Source of the DNA: Rhynchobatus australiae
Lineage: Eukaryota
Direction: 5' to 3'
Length of the DNA stretch: 64,000 nucleotides
Assembly (NCBI GenBank): GCA_034780895.1
Contig: JAUZTB010000127.1
Span: 83,211,838-83,275,837, forward strand
Position 1 is the stretch's first letter. The number at the start of each line of letters is the position of its first letter. Below, piece by piece: positions 63,331-64,000 of this stretch. A program made the translations under genes and the position numbers. The notes below the pieces were generated by a model. It did not search any database, was not told where the DNA came from, and saw only the letters and a program-made list of their open reading frames with translations.

Positions 63331-64000
63331 CCCTCATCTGCTGTAATGTACACAAATGTTTAGTCTGGATTGGGCACACACCACAACAGGTATATATTTG
63401 TGTGGCACCTGATTTCCTGGGCTGTTGGAATTTGACACAATGCAACTGAGAGCATTAAAACCATCCTTCACAGTACACCAATAAAAAGTTAGTAACGGGG
63501 TGACACGAAGGGTCTGTATAGACGGGTTATGTTTCCGTGCCATAATGGGACCAAGAAGGTGACTACATAATAATGAGATCTGCTTGCTAGGGCACTTAAA
63601 TATTCCTTCCTGTTAAAGCACCCTTCATTGTGTATGTGTACACAGCTGATAAAGCAGCAGAGAATGGCGATGAGCTATCAGAAAATAGCATAAAATTGCC
63701 CTCACTATCTCAGAGCTACGTGTAAGTAAATAAATGAATAAATACAGATTTTAATTGTACTGTGCTTGAACTTGTGCGGTGGCTTCAGAGTTGGAGCACT
63801 AGATTGCATGACGTAACAAAACCCAATGTATACTTCAGCTTCTGTGTGTCTTATGGTTGATTAGTGCAAACTATGTGCTTTCAAGGTGGGTTACTATTTA
63901 CTGAGGATCTGAGCCTTGGTGTTGCTTGTGGCAATGTTAGGGTTATAGGCTGGGTGTGTCCTGTTTCTGCAGCAAGTAAGTGGCTACTCTTGGAAATTGG

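Noticed and set aside
1-64000. CRISPR arrays, operons, rRNA/tRNA genes, known miRNAs
   Set aside because: The sequence is eukaryotic. I saw no regularly spaced repeats, tRNA-like A/B boxes occur only as decayed SINE heads, and no mature miRNA sequence I know was matched by eye.

Overview
This window is eukaryotic, AT-rich, repeat-dense vertebrate DNA. The repeat set (CR1/HER1-type LINEs, Rex1/Babar LINEs, Penelope-like elements with hammerhead-type terminal repeats, Deu-domain and V-domain tRNA-SINEs) points to a cartilaginous fish, probably a ray, skate or shark; that assignment is an inference from recalled repeat consensuses. I recognise no host protein-coding exon. The ORF-track entries I can recognise are decayed retroelement fragments, and the longest entries are artefacts spanning N gaps. 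The main host feature is a CpG-rich promoter at about 29.9-30.8 kb with GC boxes, a CCAAT box, a CRE-like site and an ETS site. It has strong splice donors facing outward on both strands, which suggests a bidirectional promoter. The + strand gene would have a non-coding first exon and no identifiable CDS in the remaining 34 kb. The - strand transcript may be a lncRNA or a small spliced ORF. Other observations include many decayed Penelope hammerhead ribozymes (two in fold-back arrangements), nested and chimeric retroelement insertions with visible TSDs, two Tigger/pogo-type MITEs and several unexplained local duplications. I found no convincing novel multi-gene system. Repeat boundaries were read by eye and are approximate.
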